A DNA stretch of 64,000 nucleotides from Candidatus Kerfeldbacteria bacterium (GTDB lineage: Bacteria > Patescibacteriota > Patescibacteriia > UBA9570 > XYC2-FULL-38-9): positions 78,751-142,750 of the forward strand of contig JACPGJ010000004.1 of the NCBI GenBank assembly GCA_016182555.1. The letters run 5' to 3'. Each line of letters opens with the position of its first letter. Positions within the stretch are counted from its first letter, which is position 1. The notes below the pieces were generated by a model, which made no database searches, was not told the DNA's origin, and saw only the letters and a program-made list of their open reading frames with translations. This document shows, in pieces, positions 61,746 to 64,000 of the stretch. A program made the translations under genes and the position numbers.

Positions 61746-63197
61746 TTAATTGTACAACCGCTGTTTAATCATATTCACATCATTTTCTATCCGTTCATCA
61801 TCATGAACCATCTTCGTAATTTTTTGGCACGCATGCATCGCTGTCGTGTGGTCTCGTCCGCCGAGTTCTTGACCAATGTTTGGATAAGAAGCATGGATCT
61901 CTTCTCGCATTAAATACATGGCGATTTGGCGTGGCACAACGAGTTCTTTTTTTCGGCTATTTCCCACAATATCTTTCATATCCACTTCATAAAATTCCGC
62001 TACGGTGTTCAATATTTTCTTTGTGGTGATCGCGCCACGTTTTGGTGATTGTGACAAGGTCGAAAGCAGCGAACGTACAGAATCCAGAGTCGGTTCAGTT
62101 TTGTGGAGTTGATGGAATGCGACCACCCGATTCAGCGCCCCTTCCAATTCCCGAATATTACTTTGTACATTTGACGCCATGAATTGAGTGATTTCTGGAT
62201 TGAGTGTATACCCGCGCTCTGCACACTTTTGTTTTAAAATAGCGATGCGAGTTTCCAAATCAGGAATATTCACATCGACCATCATACCGGCCTCTAAACG
62301 AGAGAACAAACGTGGTTCCAGTGTTGGAATGGCGCGCGGCGGTCGGTCGGAAGAAACGAGCACCTGTTTATTATATTGATGCAGGTGATTAAATGTGTGA
62401 AAAAATTCTTCCTGCGTGCCCTCTTTCCCAGCTAAAAATTGAATATCATCGACCATGAGTACATCCACCGAACGATATTTATCTTTAAACTCTTTTGCTC
62501 TGCCATCTTGCACAGCTTTAATAAATTCATTCGTAAATGCTTCACAGGTGACGTAGAGAATTTTTTTGTTCGGGTCTCGTTTTAATACAGCGTGTCCCAC
62601 AGCCTGCATTAAATGTGTTTTTCCAAGACCAACACCACCATAAATAAATAACGGATTATAGACAATGCCCGGTCGCTCCGCAATTGCTAAACAGGCCGCA
62701 TGGGCCAATTCATTTTTTTTGCCAACAATAAAGTGTTCGAATGTATACCGTGGATTGAGACCAACCGCGTCTATTGGCGGCAAGGTATTTCCATCGCTAT
62801 TTGGTGTTGGAGTTGCTGTTTTAATAGAAGTGTTGTTCTGATTTATTTTCGTTTTTTGTTCAGCTGCCGCGGTCGTATTTCCACTTTCGACTGGTGACGT
62901 GGCCGTTTGTGATGCACTAATCGCTTGCTGTAACTGAGATGAATTTTTTCGTGTCGCAATGGTGTACACAACGGTACGAATGTCATCATCAGAGATACGG
63001 CGCAATGCTTTTAGAATAGAATGGTGATATTTGCCCTCAAACCACTTTTTTGTAAAGTCGTTTGGCACACCAATGGTAATTTTCCCCTCACCACTTTGTA
63101 AAATAAACGTATCTTTAAACCACGTAATAAAATTGGCTTTGGAAAGCTCAAGTTCTAATTCTCCTAAGGCCGCGTTCCACAATTGATCAGGGGACAT
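61746..63197 (-). CDS. dnaA: Chromosomal replication initiator DnaA
   Basis: GGVGLGKTHLMQA Walker A, AAA+ box, C-terminal DNA-binding domain. Confidence 0.95.
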   Translation of the reverse strand: MSPDQLWNAALGELELELSKANFITWFKDTFILQSGEGKITIGVPNDFTKKWFEGKYHHSILKALRRISDDDIRTVVYTIATRKNSSQLQQAISASQTATSPVESGNTTAAAEQKTKINQNNTSIKTATPTPNSDGNTLPPIDAVGLNPRYTFEHFIVGKKNELAHAACLAIAERPGIVYNPLFIYGGVGLGKTHLMQAVGHAVLKRDPNKKILYVTCEAFTNEFIKAVQDGRAKEFKDKYRSVDVLMVDDIQFLAGKEGTQEEFFHTFNHLHQYNKQVLVSSDRPPRAIPTLEPRLFSRLEAGMMVDVNIPDLETRIAILKQKCAERGYTLNPEITQFMASNVQSNIRELEGALNRVVAFHQLHKTEPTLDSVRSLLSTLSQSPKRGAITTKKILNTVAEFYEVDMKDIVGNSRKKELVVPRQIAMYLMREEIHASYPNIGQELGGRDHTTAMHACQKITKMVHDDERIENDVNMIKQRLYN

Positions 63198-63385
63198 AAG
63201 TGAAATTCATTAATCGTATTGCCTATCATAGCATAGATACTCCATTTTCTAAATGAATTTGGTCTTGCACAGGATGTTTACAAGATGTGTACACGTTGTG
63301 CATGAGTATGTATTGAATAGTTGAATCAGTTGACTACGAGACGTTCATTTGATATTCTACACGGGCTTTATTGTTAATATCAAAT

Positions 63386-63532
63386 ATGCCGAAGAGAACA
63401 TTTCAGCCGAATACTCGTAAACGCAAAAAGAAGCATGGTTTTCGCGCACGACAGAAACAAGCGAAGAAATCTAATGCCTCTAATGCAGTGAAGCGTCGGC
63501 GAACAAAAGGACGAAAGCGATTAACGGCGTAA
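63386..63532 (+). CDS. rpmH: 50S ribosomal protein L34
   Basis: [23 protein letters not shown]... 48 aa, below the ORF-track cutoff. Confidence 0.85.
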   Translation: MPKRTFQPNTRKRKKKHGFRARQKQAKKSNASNAVKRRRTKGRKRLTA

Positions 63533-63538
63533 TTATTC

Positions 63539-63886
63539 ATGTTGCCAGCGCTATTTCGTTTACGGAAGAAGAAAGATTTCGATGGGGTGTACCATTCAGC
63601 GGCGAGCAAAACCCTTCATACCGCTTTGTTTCGCATAAAAACGGCGCCAAATACCCTTAATCATCCCCGTTTTGGGATTGTTGTTCCGAATAAATTGATC
63701 AAAAAAGCGGTGGAGCGTAATAAAAAACGGCGCCAAATACGGGCGGTGCTTGGGAGCCTCCTTCCAGATATGCAGGCGCATGGATATGATATTATTCTTT
63801 TAGGACAGCCACGGTTGTGTCATGCAGAATTTCTGGACATCAAGAATGATTTAGTTGCCGCGCTTACAAAAATTCGCTTTATTTAG
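63539..63886 (+). CDS. rnpA: RNase P protein component
   Basis: Basic protein with the RNR-like motif KKAVERNKKRRQIR, immediately after rpmH. Confidence 0.85.
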   Translation: MLPALFRLRKKKDFDGVYHSAASKTLHTALFRIKTAPNTLNHPRFGIVVPNKLIKKAVERNKKRRQIRAVLGSLLPDMQAHGYDIILLGQPRLCHAEFLDIKNDLVAALTKIRFI

Positions 63887-63911
63887 CCAAATATTCACTA
63901 AACTGGTTCGT

Positions 63912-64000
63912 ATGAAACGCCCATTGATTACCATGATTCGGCTCTATCAACGTGTGTTTTCTCCAGACCACGGTCTTTTTTCGGGGTATACGATGGCCGG
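63912..64000 (+). CDS. yidD: Membrane protein insertion efficiency factor YidD (partial, runs off the 3' edge)
   Basis: MKRPLITMIRLYQRVFSPDHG. Confidence 0.55.
   Translation, partial: MKRPLITMIRLYQRVFSPDHGLFSGYTMA

Overview
The window is low-GC (about 40-45%) bacterial chromosomal DNA spanning the replication origin neighbourhood. rpmH-rnpA-yidD lie on the + strand, diverging from dnaA-dnaN-DUF721 on the - strand, and the dnaA-dnaN intergenic spacer contains DnaA boxes (putative oriC). Housekeeping genes include a DEAD-box helicase, mntP, proS (archaeal-type), polA, holA, rpsT, uvrB, tyrS, a class A PBP and two tRNAs (Ser-CGA, Leu-TAG). An unlinked 23S-5S rRNA unit on the - strand has its 23S gene interrupted by three putative group I introns at conserved hot-spots (about L2593, L1931 and L1921/1923, E. 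coli numbering). Two of the introns encode LAGLIDADG homing endonucleases, and two of them are separated by only an approximately 10-nt micro-exon. This intron load, the unlinked 16S, and the mix of small and fused proteins are, by inference, consistent with a Candidate Phyla Radiation (Patescibacteria)-like organism. Accessory content is rich. Two tandem AbiEi/AbiEii pairs sit next to a complete IS element (perfect approximately 20-bp terminal inverted repeats, 10-bp target duplication) that inserted into the ribosome-binding site of a GC-rich foreign-looking gene beside tRNA-Leu. There are also two VapBC-type pairs, one Phd/RelE pair, and compositionally atypical GC-rich blocks carrying an outer-membrane-protein-like beta-barrel. 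Notable proteins include a secreted protein with MopE-like repeats, a P-domain and a polybasic tail, and a TrmB-like regulator with four tandem C-domains. Most notable is a short cyclodipeptide-synthase-like gene (GxSPGNSYF motif) sitting directly downstream of an HTH-phosphoribosyltransferase fusion. Other candidates are an FAD-oxidase/transmembrane/Rieske triple fusion, an EndoQ-like PHP nuclease, and a possible small RNA bracketed by a consensus sigma70 promoter and an intrinsic terminator upstream of the 23S gene. No CRISPR array was seen. All calls rest on motif recognition by eye; no database searches were run.
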